Assembly: GCA_964016885.1 (NCBI GenBank)
Contig: OZ024745.1
Span: forward strand, 63,240,001-63,304,000
Direction: 5' to 3'
From: Eledone cirrhosa
Lineage: Eukaryota
DNA: 64,000 nucleotides
Under the pieces are notes generated by a model that had not been told where the DNA came from, did not search any database, and saw only the letters and a program-made list of their open reading frames with translations. Positions within the stretch are counted from its first letter, which is position 1. Each line of letters opens with the position of its first letter. A program made the translations under genes and the position numbers. Shown here one piece after another: positions 28,793-42,374 of the stretch.

Positions 28793-28834
<42 letters not shown>

Positions 28835-28856
28835 TATGCATATTTGCAAACGATAT

Positions 28857-28907
<51 letters not shown>

Positions 28908-31365
28908 GTATGTAAATATGCATATATATATATATATATATGTGTGTGCGTGTATGTATGCATTAACTTATATATATATATAATACACTTCTGGGTGTTA
29001 ATGTATGTGTATTTGATATCTCGATTTAATCTAATAACTATTAGCATTTTTTATAATCAAATTTGGCACAGGTTAATTATGTGATACGACTTGCTTGTAC
29101 ATTATATATTGACATGTGGCATGGTTAGTAGGGAAAACCAAATTCTTAGCGTCGTGTTTAATTTAGAAATATTAATTAATATGTTCTTTAATGATATCTT
29201 TTAAACAATTTTTTACATGAATATATATACACACACACACACACACATATATATACACACACTCACGTATATATATATACACACATATATATATATATTA
29301 ACATAGATATATATGCGTGAGAGAGGGCTTATGTCTAGAAAAATTAGCAGTACATCTCTCTTTAATTCATAACTTCTGCATGTTCTCTATATGAATTTGA
29401 AGAATGAGTTAATTATAAAAATAATGACTGGTTGTACTTGAACATGCAGTATTCAATGCTCTATAGACTATTGATTATTCTCCTTCCCCCGGTGTAAATT
29501 TTATGTGGTTTCACAAGATAATGTTTCGTGTCATAACTTCTAAAGTATAAAGTCAAAGTATTGCTGCAAACATTTGGATCACTGTACATTTTACGAGTGT
29601 TCTTCCAGATCTATTACAAAATTATCTGGTTGCCATGCTAGACTATGCTGGAATACATCATCTCTCACGTTATATGAAATTCCCTAATACCACCAGATAT
29701 TAAATCGTCTCATCTGACATGCAGTACATAAACACATAAAGCATCGATTTCAAGCACAACACACTAAAAATATTACCTTAGAATTAGAATTCATGTTACT
29801 AAATCATTAACTATATCTTGGCAGAGATTAAATATAATATTCCCCTGTTCTTATAATAAACAATATTTTGTTCACCAACTTATGTAATGATTTATTCGAT
29901 AATCAAATTGTTCGTGTACATTTTTACATCTTGAAAATCTGATATCAAATTCATCAAATAAAATATCTTTAAAACTTACACTCATCATTTATTTTGAAAT
30001 TCACAACTACATTTCAGCAATATATCCGAGAATATTATGGCAGCGAATATTCTCTTGAATTTACTCCTACAGCAATTATGATACTACATTTTTCATTTAA
30101 GCTACCCATAGGCTAGAATTTATGAGAAACTCCATATGTTCTATACTCTTATATTCTGAAATAATATACTATAACCAGTTTCTTCCTATAGATGTATCAC
30201 GGAGCATCGATTCTGAGTTCCTTAGTCTATGATACTTTAAAGAAATTGAGAATATATATAACTGCAAAAAATGACATTGGTATAGGTGATACTATTTATT
30301 TCAGATTCATTTCGAATCAGTATGATGGTACCTAAAACGTATTTCATACGTCAAAATATAAAAGTAATAAATTCAAAGAATTATATGAACAAATGATTAT
30401 ATAAAACAGTAATTAAATAGTTTATGCTATGATATTCGTTCCGTGTCCAAGTGATAATATACATATTTCTATAGGGTAAAACGTTTCTGCCAAATAATAC
30501 AAACAAAGTCGCTCGTATAATATTTTCAGAATGTGTACCGATGCAAAATTAAAAAAGATTAAACAAAAAACAAATACTATTAATATACGTGTTCCTATAA
30601 TTAAAACTTCAGCGCAGTATCCGGTATGAATATCACCCAAGAATAATATCACACGTTATATTCAGTGAGGATTAATGTAAACGTTTTTTTTACTCTACTT
30701 AATGTAATACACATCGGATATTAAATGACTGAGATTTGATTCGGATAATACGGCGTCTATAATTTAATGAAACCCATAGAGAATAGAATTAGGACATCAC
30801 ATTGAATGTTTCGTTATTTTATTTTTTACAGCCCTAAAGCATTTAGAACTTGAAATGTGATGAATATAATTTCATTCTTATCTCAGTTAAAATGTATTTC
30901 TTAAAATACATTATTACGAAAGCAAAATATATAGTATGAAGATAACAAAACATGCACTTCAGTATTTGTCATTCCCAAGAATTTCAATATCATCAAGTCA
31001 TAAAATAGAAAAATAATAGTGCAATATCTAAAAATAGATGTAACTCAGATTACTTAATCGAACGGATTATAATTAATCTCTACAAGCTTTAGCAAATGAC
31101 AATAAAATCCTATCGCTCATTGTCTTTCATTCTATTTCCTGTTTAACTCGCTCTGTTCTGCTGCGCTACGTAGGTTTCTTTTTCACGTTTTTTTTTTATC
31201 GATGAAGTACACTCATATATACAAACATACACATGCATACGCACTGACAAATACTGTTAGAAATATATGTATGCAAATGTAACAAGACGAAGTGGTCGCG
31301 AAAATAAGAAATAAAAGTATTTTTATACTTCTCATTTTCTGATTTTATTACCTTCCCTCACGTAC

Positions 31366-31436
<71 letters not shown>

Positions 31437-34400
31437 CTATCTAACTTTTTCTATTATGACCCCACATACGCACATCTAAATATGTTTTCAATTGTTTGCT
31501 TTATTTTTCAACTGATTGTCTTATTTTTTCTCGCTTAGACAACAACAAGAAAACCAACAATCCACTACAGCATGAATATCATTGTAAACTCAGAGATTCA
31601 AGCATATCTCATACACTATTACCAAGGAATTATCAAATTAAATAGTTTTATTATACACTCTGTCATTTTTGACGTGTAATGTGATATTATATATAGCATT
31701 TAGTATCAAGTTCTGGCGCACATCCTTGGAATGTATTTGGATCAATTAAATTCTGACATTTATTTACATAACCAAAGCTTCGATTTTACTAAGCTTCCAC
31801 TTGTACATGTGTATATATAAAGATATATATTGCCTTGATCTGAATGAGTGCACATGGTGGTAAAAATGTCTTATGCTGTGTCATCTCTAGTAAAGTATTG
31901 TCGAGCAGTTTGATGCATATCGCATATTATCACAGTTGAAAGAAAAAATCATCTGTGGGGTACTAGAATGCGTTCTACAATTATAATTAATTTATTGGTT
32001 GTCAACTTTTATGAGTATAATGCAATGTTTCTAATAGAGCCGAATGTCAATTTTCTTGTGTTGAATTTTTTGTTGTATATTTGTAGTGCACTATAGGAAT
32101 GTCCTTTTAATAGAAATTGACAAAGATATGCCGAGGTAAACATGTTGGAAGTGAGATAACAACGTTCTAAAGATCTCAGCTGTTATATTCTTATACATAG
32201 TATTTACGGGGATGATTTGAGTATGGATATGATATAATTTTCCCTGTTCAAATAATATGTTAAAATCAAGCTCCTTGAATGGATTTATGGGATTCAATTC
32301 TAACCATATCCATAAGGCAGCCAATCCACAGTTGTCTCGGTACGTTTTGTCTGCTTGTTCTTTTTCAGCTTAAGTAAACATATGAGTCACACTTCTGAAG
32401 TGTTACTCTATACAATAAAATTTTAAACTATATAATCTAATTCATGGCCTTCTGTCGAATGCAGATTTGTTATAACATTTTAATAGTTTCCGATTGATTT
32501 CATCTCATACAGGCCAGGATAACAGATTTTCCCAGGTATTTCGATGATTAAACTCTCCTAAACTACTACCTATCTGGCGAAGTGCTACCTGAAAAGTAAA
32601 GATTAAGAGAATTTTGTTCTCATCATTATGAGTTTCCTGATTTATGCTCCATCCTTCGTTCTTTATATCGCAAATTTGTATTTGTTTAAAAAGATCATTG
32701 AGTGCGTGAATGTGTGTATGTGTGTGTGCATGTGTGTGTGTGTGTGTGCGTGTGTATGTGTGTGTGTAAATGTCTACTTAGTTATTATATAATTTGCACA
32801 ATTATTCACTGTTGTGCCCTTCATAAAACGTGTTTCATATATAAAGTCTATTTCACCAGCCTGTGCTGATAATAGTTTTCTTTTCGTCAAGCAAATACTT
32901 TTTCCATAACTGGTTTTCCAGAGGCATATATTATTTTGTCGACTACTTTTGGATTAGCTTCAATTTGAAATTAATCAGCGATAAATGTGAGGAAACAACT
33001 TCGTGTACGATAAGCTTAAAAACAGGAAACAATTAGTGATATGTATTATTTGTGAAATAGTTACTGTTATCATAAAATGTTAAGGTTATTTATTCTTTCT
33101 TTTAGCATATTTTGTCCTTTATTTCAACTCAGTAGTCTCTGAAGATATGTAATCAATTCTGCTGATGCTTGGACAAATAATATAAAGAAAGATTTTAAAA
33201 AAATAAACATTGATACAAACAAAGAAGGATATGATGAAATATCTACGAACAGTTTTCTTATCTAAATATGAGGAACGTTTATTCCCGCTAGATTAGTAAT
33301 GTTTTGTTTTCATATTTTCTTTTTGTCCAGGTATGATTCCAAAATAATCATAGTAATCAATGAACAATGTTATATATTTAGATTATTATATATCTCTGGA
33401 CCTTTCTTTGCCATTATCATGAGAATGTATTTTGTTGTTGTATTATTTTTGTTATCGATCTGGCGATTGAACAGAATGCGATTTACGTTGAATTCTTTTT
33501 CAAGTTGACGAGAAAAATGCTACAAACTATAAGTGTACGTAAAAAGAGTAGTACAAGCAACCAACGCCAACAAAATCATCGATGACAAAGACAACAGCAA
33601 AAACAACAGGAAATTGTAATATGTTTCATATAATAGCAAGAAATGGAATAGAATATAAGCACAGTATATTGCAATCAATCTTTGTCTTTCTTTTTACAAT
33701 TATTGCTAAATCAATTATTATGAATACTCAACTAATTGATCTCACTATCTTTTTCTACAATACATTGACAATGGTATAATTAGAGAAAGAAATCTTAACG
33801 TTTCAGAAGCAAATGCTTATTACATAACATATTGTGAAGTGGGAAGTAAATATATAACTAAATATGATTGATAAGGAAATATTACGAAATAGTACCTGTG
33901 ATGTTTTCCACATTTAAGGCTGGTATTCACACTTCCATTATGCAATACAGAGTTATGTTAGGGTTTTGTAGCTTCATATCAAGGCAGCTTGAAGTAAATA
34001 ATATACTTAAAATAGTACGAGTAGAACGTGTTGCTATTTAGAAAAAATGCACGTTGAAATACGACGAATTTCTGTGATATAGTAAATTGCAGTAACACAT
34101 ATTTTAGAATATTTGTTCATGTATGATATCACTTTGTATTGGGCATTCTACAAATATTCTAGCAATAATTTCGATCTTTTGTTTAAAACAGCATCACTAC
34201 CAAACATCCTTTGTAACAACTCTGAAATTTCAGCGCTATGTAAGAATTACTTACTTTAAAAAAAAAAGGCTCAATGTGCGTTGCCAGTTTTCCTCCAATG
34301 CTATACAGCACATACTTGGTAAAATACATTTAATCTCTTCTACTCACCACTAGTCCTATCAGCGTATGTACATTCATGACAAGTGGAATAACATATTCAA

Positions 34401-34692
34401 AGGGTCCAAAGCAAAAAAGCCACAGTCCCTAACCACTTTTATTTTATTACTTTAACAAATGCGATCCAATTCTAGACAGAATCATTCCATGTTTTTGCTG
34501 CGAACTTTAACCAACATCTCTCATTTTCACATTAGGTATGTTTTCATAAACACATTGCGCTTAAATATAATACTCATTGCCAATTATAATTATCTTTGGA
34601 TAACTTTTCTGATATGGGGATCGATATTTATATGCCTGTATGTGTAAATATCCATATTGTTGTTTTTACTTGTGATATATATATATATATAT

Positions 34693-34787
<95 letters not shown>

Positions 34788-34906
34788 TGTGTTGTGTGTA
34801 TGTGAATGAGTGTGTGTATGTGTGCGTGTTGCGCGTGTCTATGTGCGTGTGTGTGTCTGCGTGTGTACAGATACAGATACTAGATACTAAACAAACGCAC
34901 ACATAC

Positions 34907-35014
<108 letters not shown>

Positions 35015-35496
35015 ATAAGATATACTTATATCTTGGTCTGTTTATATGTCTCTGTGTGTGCATCGTTAAAGAAGACGAAACTAGTAAAACAAGAAAAACG
35101 GGTGAAAGAGGAGACGGCAAGGTAACGAAGCCTAAAATTAGACAATGTAACTATAATGTAAGAATTAACATTAGCTAGTTATAAACGGAAAAAAACTTGC
35201 CAACAATAGAGACAATTATGGCGAATTAAATAAAACATAAAATAGAGCCAGATGGTTCTGTTTCATCTCTCTATATAAGAATAGTAAAAGGAAAAGTATC
35301 TGGTGTGAAATAATTCATGAGTTAGGTAAGATACATGCTACACGTTTATTCTATACGGACGTACATCTTAAGTATGCATTTCATAAGGCTAAATTGGCAT
35401 TTCATAAGGCTGGAGGTTCGCCTGCTTATGAAAGGATCATGAGACAAGATTCTCTCTGATGCCCATGTGATAGACATGACTATAGAATTAAAAGAT

Positions 35497-35533
<37 letters not shown>

Positions 35534-35534
<1 letters not shown>

Positions 35535-36165
35535 AAAAACAATTTCCAAAACACCCGTACCGCAAACACAACCCGAAAATATACCCCTCCCCTCCAACGC
35601 GGAAGATGACCCTAGTTCGTCGTCAGACGAGGAGGAGCACTTCCACACAATCAAAAGAAAAAAAAGAAAACACACCTCAGACACACAAATGAAAAAAACC
35701 CCTCCCCAAAACATAACACTGACACCAACACAAAAGAGCTCACAACAACAGCAAACAAAAAACACCACACAAAAACAAAAACATGCATACACATACATAA
35801 ATACAAGAAACAAAAAACTGTTAAACATTGTGTACAACAACAATCTAATAAAAACACAAGGGCCTAACTTCACCCAGGCAGGGGATTTCCCCCACCTCAA
35901 AATGATTAAGGCCCCACAGGACACCTATAAAACTTTAAAAAACAATTTTAAAGAGGACGTGGGTCCCCCCTGCGTCGGGCCCATTAACCGCGTCCTCCTA
36001 AAAAACTATCCCACCCCCTCCCCAAACACCCACACAACTCCAAGCTCCCCAACCACACATCACACTGATGCCCCCACACTTCCACAAACCACCACCCCAC
36101 CCAACAACCCATCCCCCACCCTAATGGAAATTGTGCAGCCCGATACCCGGGACGCAGAGAGGTAA
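35534..36165 (+). pseudogene. Tx1 ORF1 C-terminal part (open but 5'-truncated)
   Basis: SSSSDEEE...KRKKRK motif and a C-terminal block homologous to copy C (54564-55300). Confidence 0.8.
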
Positions 36166-36189
36166 GTGCCTTTTCTCTTCACTACCAAC

Positions 36190-39100
36190 ATGGCTATGCT
36201 AAGAGTAGGCTGTTTAAATGCGCGTGGCCTGGGCTCAACCTGGAAGCAAGCAATGCTTCTAAATGACCTCAGGTCACAACGTATAGATGTGATGGTTATT
36301 TGCGAGGCCCGGATCAGCAACGTGCGACAGCTGGCCCCCACCTTTGATGACTTTGAGATGCACGCATCTCTCTGTCAGCCCGGAGGCGGGGGTGGAGTTG
36401 TCGTTCTGCTGCAAAAACATCTGGGTCTCGCAACACAGATGGTACATTTGGACCCGGAGGGTCGACTAGTGGTTCTGGACCTTGGCAGTGGTAAAGGTGG
36501 AGCGTTTAGGTTGGTAGCCGCCTACGGCCCTTTCGGGTCAATGCGGCCGGACTTCTTCCATCGTCTGGAGACTTTTCTAGGGACGTCCCGCTCCTTGCTA
36601 TTAGTGGGGGACTGGAATGGTATCCTAGATGCACGCTGGGACTACGTAGGGGCCTGCCCCGATAGAGAGGGGTGTAATAGCCTCAAAGGGTTAATCGGTC
36701 GATTTGACCTGGCCGATAGATATCGACTAGATTTTCCGACTGCGCCAACCTGGACTTGGGCAAATCGTAGCGGATCATCTAGGTCGTACCTAGATAGGTT
36801 CTTAGTTAGAATTAAGGATAAGGACTTTTTAAGTTGTCCAAAAATGCGCATGGTTGGCTATTCAGACCACAAATTAGTGACCTGCATGGTCAACCTTGAC
36901 AGAACTCATAGACAGGGCCCCGGTTACTGGAAGCTCAACTTGTCCTTGCCGGCAAGTAGAGCCTACAGGAATCGGATTAGTACGTTAGTTAAGGAACGGT
37001 TGACTGGAGCGATCGTCAACAGCAGGTGGTGGGTATCTCTAAAGAGAGAGATTAGAGTAGTCTCGATTGAATTTAGTAAGGTTCTAGCTGCGGATAGGAA
37101 TAGGAAGGAAAGGGAGCTAATAGATAGAGTAGAAGAGGCAATTAGAAGCGGCGACGTGGCCAGAGTGCTAGCGTCGAGAACGGCTTTGAGCCAGTTTTTC
37201 GACGCGAAGCACGAAGGCTGCGTTGTCCGAAGTAAAATACGTGCTCTAGGGAACGAGGGGGCCAAAGCTGTTAGCTGGGCCCGCGTGACAGAGGCCAACA
37301 GTGGAACTAAATCCACCATCCGGTCTTTGCGAGACCTGGATGGACGGGTGATTCTTGAGCCTAAGCAGATGTGTGAGGCCTTTCAAAGGCACTTTGCCCG
37401 ACTGTTCGGGAGGGGCGGGGAGCCGGTTGGGAACGTGGACTTCGGTCCATACCTCGACGGCCTGCCGCGCCTCTCGGACAGGGAGGCGAAGTCCTGCGAG
37501 GAGCCGATTTCGGCCGCTGAGATAGAGGACGTGCTGAGCCAATGCGGCAAACGCAAATCCCCGGGTCTCGATGGTCTTCCTTACGAATTATATCTAGCTA
37601 TACCGGACTTGTTCCCCGATCTCCTCGAGGCGGTCTACTGCAACTGGCAACAGAACGGGAGAATTCCCTGTACTGTGACCAAGGGCGTAGTCACGCTAGT
37701 GAGGAAGGACGAGAACAAGGGGGACGAAATAAGTAACTTCAGGCCCATAACTCTGCTAAATACAGAGTTACAGATTTTGGCCAAGGTGCTAGCAAAGAGG
37801 TTGGCGCTTGTCGTGGGCAACCTGGTGGGAGATGCGCAGACATGCGCTATCCCGTCCAGGTCCATCCATGACAACCTCCACCTCATGCGATACATCATAG
37901 AGAGGGTTGGGAACGAACCCGGCTTTGGTGGGGCTCTGATCAACTTGGATCAATCAAAGGCGTTCGATAGGGTCGACCATGGTTACCTGGATGCGGTGCT
38001 AGCGGCGGCAGGCTTCGGACCCGTTTTCAGGGGCTGGATCACTGCTATGCACAGCAGCCGCATCTGCTCTAGGGTCAAGGTGAACGGCTACCTCTCGGAG
38101 CCGTTCAAAATCGCGCGGTCCATCCGACAAGGGTGCCCTCTCTCCTCCCTTCTGTATGTGTTGACTCTCGAGCCACTACTGCGGAAGTTGGAGTTGTTGC
38201 AGGGCATCCCTTTGGAACCGGGATTGCGGAAAGCGGTGTCAGCCTACGCCGATGATGTGACAGTAATGGTGTCGACGGCCTCCGAAATCGAGGCGGTCGG
38301 CACCTTACTGGAGGAGTACGAAAAGTTCACAGGGGCTAAGCTGAACCGGGACAAGTCGATCGGTTTGCAACTCGGCACGTGGAGGGGCAGACCGATGCCC
38401 TCTGATGGCGTCGTCGGACGCTGGACGGAGGGCCCGGTGAAGTTGCTCGGGGTCTGGTTCGGACCGGACCTCCAGGTGGAGAAAAACTGGGCGGAGGTTA
38501 CGAACAGGGTGTTTGCACTGACCCAGAAGTGGGCCAGTTGCAAACTATCCCTGAAAGGTCGGGCGGAGGTGGCGAACACTTATATAGCGTCCGTCATCTA
38601 CTACCGCCTGACCGTAGTGCCCTGCCCAAGGGAAACCCTCACCAAGATGGAGCGCGCGCTCTTCCAATTCCTTTGGAAGAGGCGGGCTCCTATGGTGAGG
38701 AGATCCATCTGCTGTCAACACCCTTCGAAAGGAGGGCTGGGGATGCCGTGGCTAATGATGCGTAAACACGCATTAAGGCTACGGCACCTCTACGTATTCC
38801 TCACCGGACAACCGGTGTGGGCCTCGTTTGTGAGACGAACCTTTCCCAGACTCGTCTCACTCACCGAGCTGCAATCCTGGGTCAAGCAAAGACCGAGAAA
38901 ACTGGGCGCCTGGCACACTGAGTGTGCCCAGGCGCTCACCGCCCTCTGGCAGGCGGATCCGGTTATCAGTGGAGACTCCACCGCAACATTCTATAGAGGG
39001 CTGGTACGCAGCAGGTGCGACGACGCCCTCGGAGAAGCCCTAGACATGGAGGAGGACGAACTGGCCAGCCTGTTCGGTAGGACATTCAGCCCGGGACCTA

Positions 39101-39627
39101 TGGACAACTTCCAGAAGTCCCTGGCCTGGCAGTGCTACCGAGGGGCTTTACCCGTTCGAGAAAGGCTCTACAGACACGGGCGCCCGGGTAGGGACCCCGC
39201 CAAAAAGATCTGTCCCAGATGCGTGTGCGACGAGGAAACCGTTGCACACGCATTGGTACACTGCTCGGGCGTAGCCGATCTGTGGGGCTATGTCGAACAA
39301 CTGCTGTCAAGGGTGGGACCGATCCGGTTGACCACCGAGTCTATTGTAATGATCAAGCCGCCTCCCCCCTTCAAAGATGAAGCAGAGGCGGTGTTTCTGT
39401 GCGTAATAGCCATGGCGAAAGAGGTTGTATGGTGGACGCGTCTGAAAGGACTGAGGTCAGGAACCTTTCTCTCTGGCCAACAACTGGTCCGTTTCTTCCG
39501 ATATCATTTCGGAAGAAGGATCAGGATGGAGAGAGAGGTGCTGCACCCCAGTCGTTTTTATGAAAGGTGGGTGAAAGTGGCGAGAATGGCCCGTGTGAAT
39601 GGGCCTTCTCTTTACATAAGCCTGTAG
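36190..39627 (+). CDS. Intact Tx1 ORF2: APE endonuclease, reverse transcriptase and CCHC finger (1145 aa)
   Basis: LNARGL, GDWN, LDR, SDH; SPGLDGL, FRPITLLN, LDQSKAFDRV, RQGCPLS, YADD; CPRC..EETVAHALVHC. The ATG at 36190 aligns with the ORF2 starts of copies A and C. Confidence 0.96.
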   Translation: MAMLRVGCLNARGLGSTWKQAMLLNDLRSQRIDVMVICEARISNVRQLAPTFDDFEMHASLCQPGGGGGVVVLLQKHLGLATQMVHLDPEGRLVVLDLGSGKGGAFRLVAAYGPFGSMRPDFFHRLETFLGTSRSLLLVGDWNGILDARWDYVGACPDREGCNSLKGLIGRFDLADRYRLDFPTAPTWTWANRSGSSRSYLDRFLVRIKDKDFLSCPKMRMVGYSDHKLVTCMVNLDRTHRQGPGYWKLNLSLPASRAYRNRISTLVKERLTGAIVNSRWWVSLKREIRVVSIEFSKVLAADRNRKERELIDRVEEAIRSGDVARVLASRTALSQFFDAKHEGCVVRSKIRALGNEGAKAVSWARVTEANSGTKSTIRSLRDLDGRVILEPKQMCEAFQRHFARLFGRGGEPVGNVDFGPYLDGLPRLSDREAKSCEEPISAAEIEDVLSQCGKRKSPGLDGLPYELYLAIPDLFPDLLEAVYCNWQQNGRIPCTVTKGVVTLVRKDENKGDEISNFRPITLLNTELQILAKVLAKRLALVVGNLVGDAQTCAIPSRSIHDNLHLMRYIIERVGNEPGFGGALINLDQSKAFDRVDHGYLDAVLAAAGFGPVFRGWITAMHSSRICSRVKVNGYLSEPFKIARSIRQGCPLSSLLYVLTLEPLLRKLELLQGIPLEPGLRKAVSAYADDVTVMVSTASEIEAVGTLLEEYEKFTGAKLNRDKSIGLQLGTWRGRPMPSDGVVGRWTEGPVKLLGVWFGPDLQVEKNWAEVTNRVFALTQKWASCKLSLKGRAEVANTYIASVIYYRLTVVPCPRETLTKMERALFQFLWKRRAPMVRRSICCQHPSKGGLGMPWLMMRKHALRLRHLYVFLTGQPVWASFVRRTFPRLVSLTELQSWVKQRPRKLGAWHTECAQALTALWQADPVISGDSTATFYRGLVRSRCDDALGEALDMEEDELASLFGRTFSPGPMDNFQKSLAWQCYRGALPVRERLYRHGRPGRDPAKKICPRCVCDEETVAHALVHCSGVADLWGYVEQLLSRVGPIRLTTESIVMIKPPPPFKDEAEAVFLCVIAMAKEVVWWTRLKGLRSGTFLSGQQLVRFFRYHFGRRIRMEREVLHPSRFYERWVKVARMARVNGPSLYISL

Positions 39628-39890
39628 GTGGAAAAGAGGAAGGAACGAGGGAGCACCCCCTCTCTGTGCTCCTGAGGAAAAGGGTTGCACACTTTTTTCG
39701 GGGGTGTGTGCGACCCCCCAAGGCGCCTCCTCTCTATTGAGGATTTTGTTAAAAATTTTATTTTTTGTTATATCTTATTTTATTTTTATATTTTGTTATT
39801 GCCTCCTCCTTATTGAGGACGCCTTTTTGTGTAAACTCCCCCCTTTGTACTTGTCCCACTTTTGATGCCCTAGTGGCAAATAAAAGAAAC

Positions 39891-39947
<57 letters not shown>

Positions 39948-39948
39948 C

Positions 39949-39986
<38 letters not shown>

Positions 39987-40020
39987 TTATCTATAATGCC
40001 TTCATGGTAAATAAAGAAAT

Positions 40021-40064
<44 letters not shown>

Positions 40065-40075
40065 GTATCTATTTA

Positions 40076-40170
<95 letters not shown>

Positions 40171-42199
40171 CAATTTGTTATCAACAGTTTCTGGAGTCAT
40201 CGTGTTTATCACTTCATGCCAATATGTGATACAAAAGCAATGTATCATCATCTTCAGTAGTGTATAATAGCAAGCATCCTGTTCGACAGGGTGGTTTCCG
40301 TGTATATGTACCCAGATTTGAACAGTCCAATATGTTTAACAAGGGGTCTGGATTCTATATGTATTAAAGAAAAATAAAAGCAATAATGTATTACGGTTTC
40401 ACTAGAAATAAGGATCAAATGCTCTAAAAATTCGAAAGATTTTGTTTCATAGACTCTAATGAACGGCAAAGGGTATTTCCGTCGAGCTTTCTGTACAAAG
40501 TCACTTGTGCAATGGACTGGGATTGGCATCCAGCCAAATACTAGTTACTCGTTGATTAAGAGATTAATATAATGTATTTTAGTATAAATACGTTTAATTT
40601 TTCGCGACACCAATCTCATTTATTGATTATTAATTTAGGAGTTTTGATTAAAAATAGAACTCATATTGTTTTAAACTATTCAAATAGTACACGTGAAATA
40701 AATATGGAGGAATAAAACATAAGAGAGTTTGGTTTCGAAATAGCCGAACCGATTGTATACTGTCGACTCATTGTTCCATAGTTTTTAATTCCAAAAAAGA
40801 CATTTCATTGTAAGTTTGGAAAACAGTTTTACCTAATTTTAGTTTCAGCTTTATCTATAAATATAATCTACCTGTTATTCGCATTTGTTTAACATTCGAT
40901 ACGCGTAATGCTTGTAATGGTCTCAATAAGGTTTCTGTGTTTCTTTATATTATTTCACGAGGTATCGAGAAAAAAAGATAATTAATTTCTGAGTACTTGC
41001 GGGAATATAATCCCATACATACAATGCATGTTGAATGAATGGCTGTATGAATAAATGAAAGAAGGAAATACTAGCAAGATGAATAAAATCTTGGACAAAT
41101 TATTAGCTGATACTGAACAACACACTTATATATAGAATAAGGGTTGCTTAGATATACAGTAATCTTGATCGTTGCCTAAGCGTATAATTTCCTTGCCAGA
41201 TTAGTGAGTATGAGCATTAGTAATATAGGATTTACACAAAGGTCGCGAAAAATTATCATGACGGAAAAGTAATGCCATTCTCAAATAACACAAATCAGAT
41301 CAGCAGATTGTTTTTGTCTTGTTTATTTATGATGAGGAATGATTTTTAATACTTGCGGGTCAAGATTAACTGGAAATTTCCCATTCGTTGTTTAGCATAT
41401 ATTTTGATAATAATGCTTCCATTTTTCATTTTGCTTTAGTTTTCGTGTGTCAATTTTCTATGATGTTTGTAAAAATGTCAAGTCCTTTTATGCTGATATA
41501 TTATATTTGTTCCTTTTGTTTTATCTGAGAAATATATATTAGTTATAATCGTCATGGTTACTCTTTCTAGAAATGTTGTATACGTGCAATTTTCATCCGG
41601 TAACCTGTCAATTTGTACATATATCTGCCCACACAAATATCTAAGAATAATTCTGTATGTTTTCAAACGCTTGTACAAATAGCAAAGTATCGATTCATCG
41701 TGACTAAGGCAGGTAGATAAAAATATGCCAATCTGAGCGTAAATGTAGCGATTTAGTTTCACAATATATGTTCATACATGTGCTGATGGGCCAGTGCAGA
41801 TACATACATGGATTTCACACCGATGGATACACAGAAATATATATTTATACATTTGTATACGTCCGTGTCTATGAAAATATGATTATACATATGCGTGTCT
41901 GGTAGCATCGGCTTGTGAATAGACTTTCGGAATAAATCGATGTGTATCAAGAAGCAACATAATTGTTCTTATGCAATAGAAAATGTTATATAAACATGCA
42001 TGCATATATGAATATATTACATACATGAAAATATACGTGCATGCATACATACATATAGTCATACATGCACACATACACACACACACACATACGAAGATAT
42101 ATTTATATATTTATGTATATGTAAATATATATGCATATGAATATATATGTGTGTGTATACATCCACACACCCACACACACAGACACACACATATATATT

Positions 42200-42230
<31 letters not shown>

Positions 42231-42322
42231 CTAAATATATATATATGTGCGTGTGTATAATATAAATATATATACATATACATTCATATGTATATTTATA
42301 TTATACACACACATATATATAC

Positions 42323-42374
<52 letters not shown>

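Larger units (their letters stand above)
35534..39890 (+). mobile_element. Tx1/L1-clade LINE copy B, 5'-truncated in ORF1, inserted in a (TCTA)n tract
   Basis: (TCTA)n on both sides (35497-35533 and from 39891). ORF1 tail, ORF2 and a ~260-bp 3' UTR ending aataaaagaaac. Confidence 0.96.

Noticed and set aside
29300-34650. Host gene exons in the repeat-poor AT-rich region
   Set aside because: Only short low-complexity ORFs, with no convincing paired splice sites or recognisable protein.
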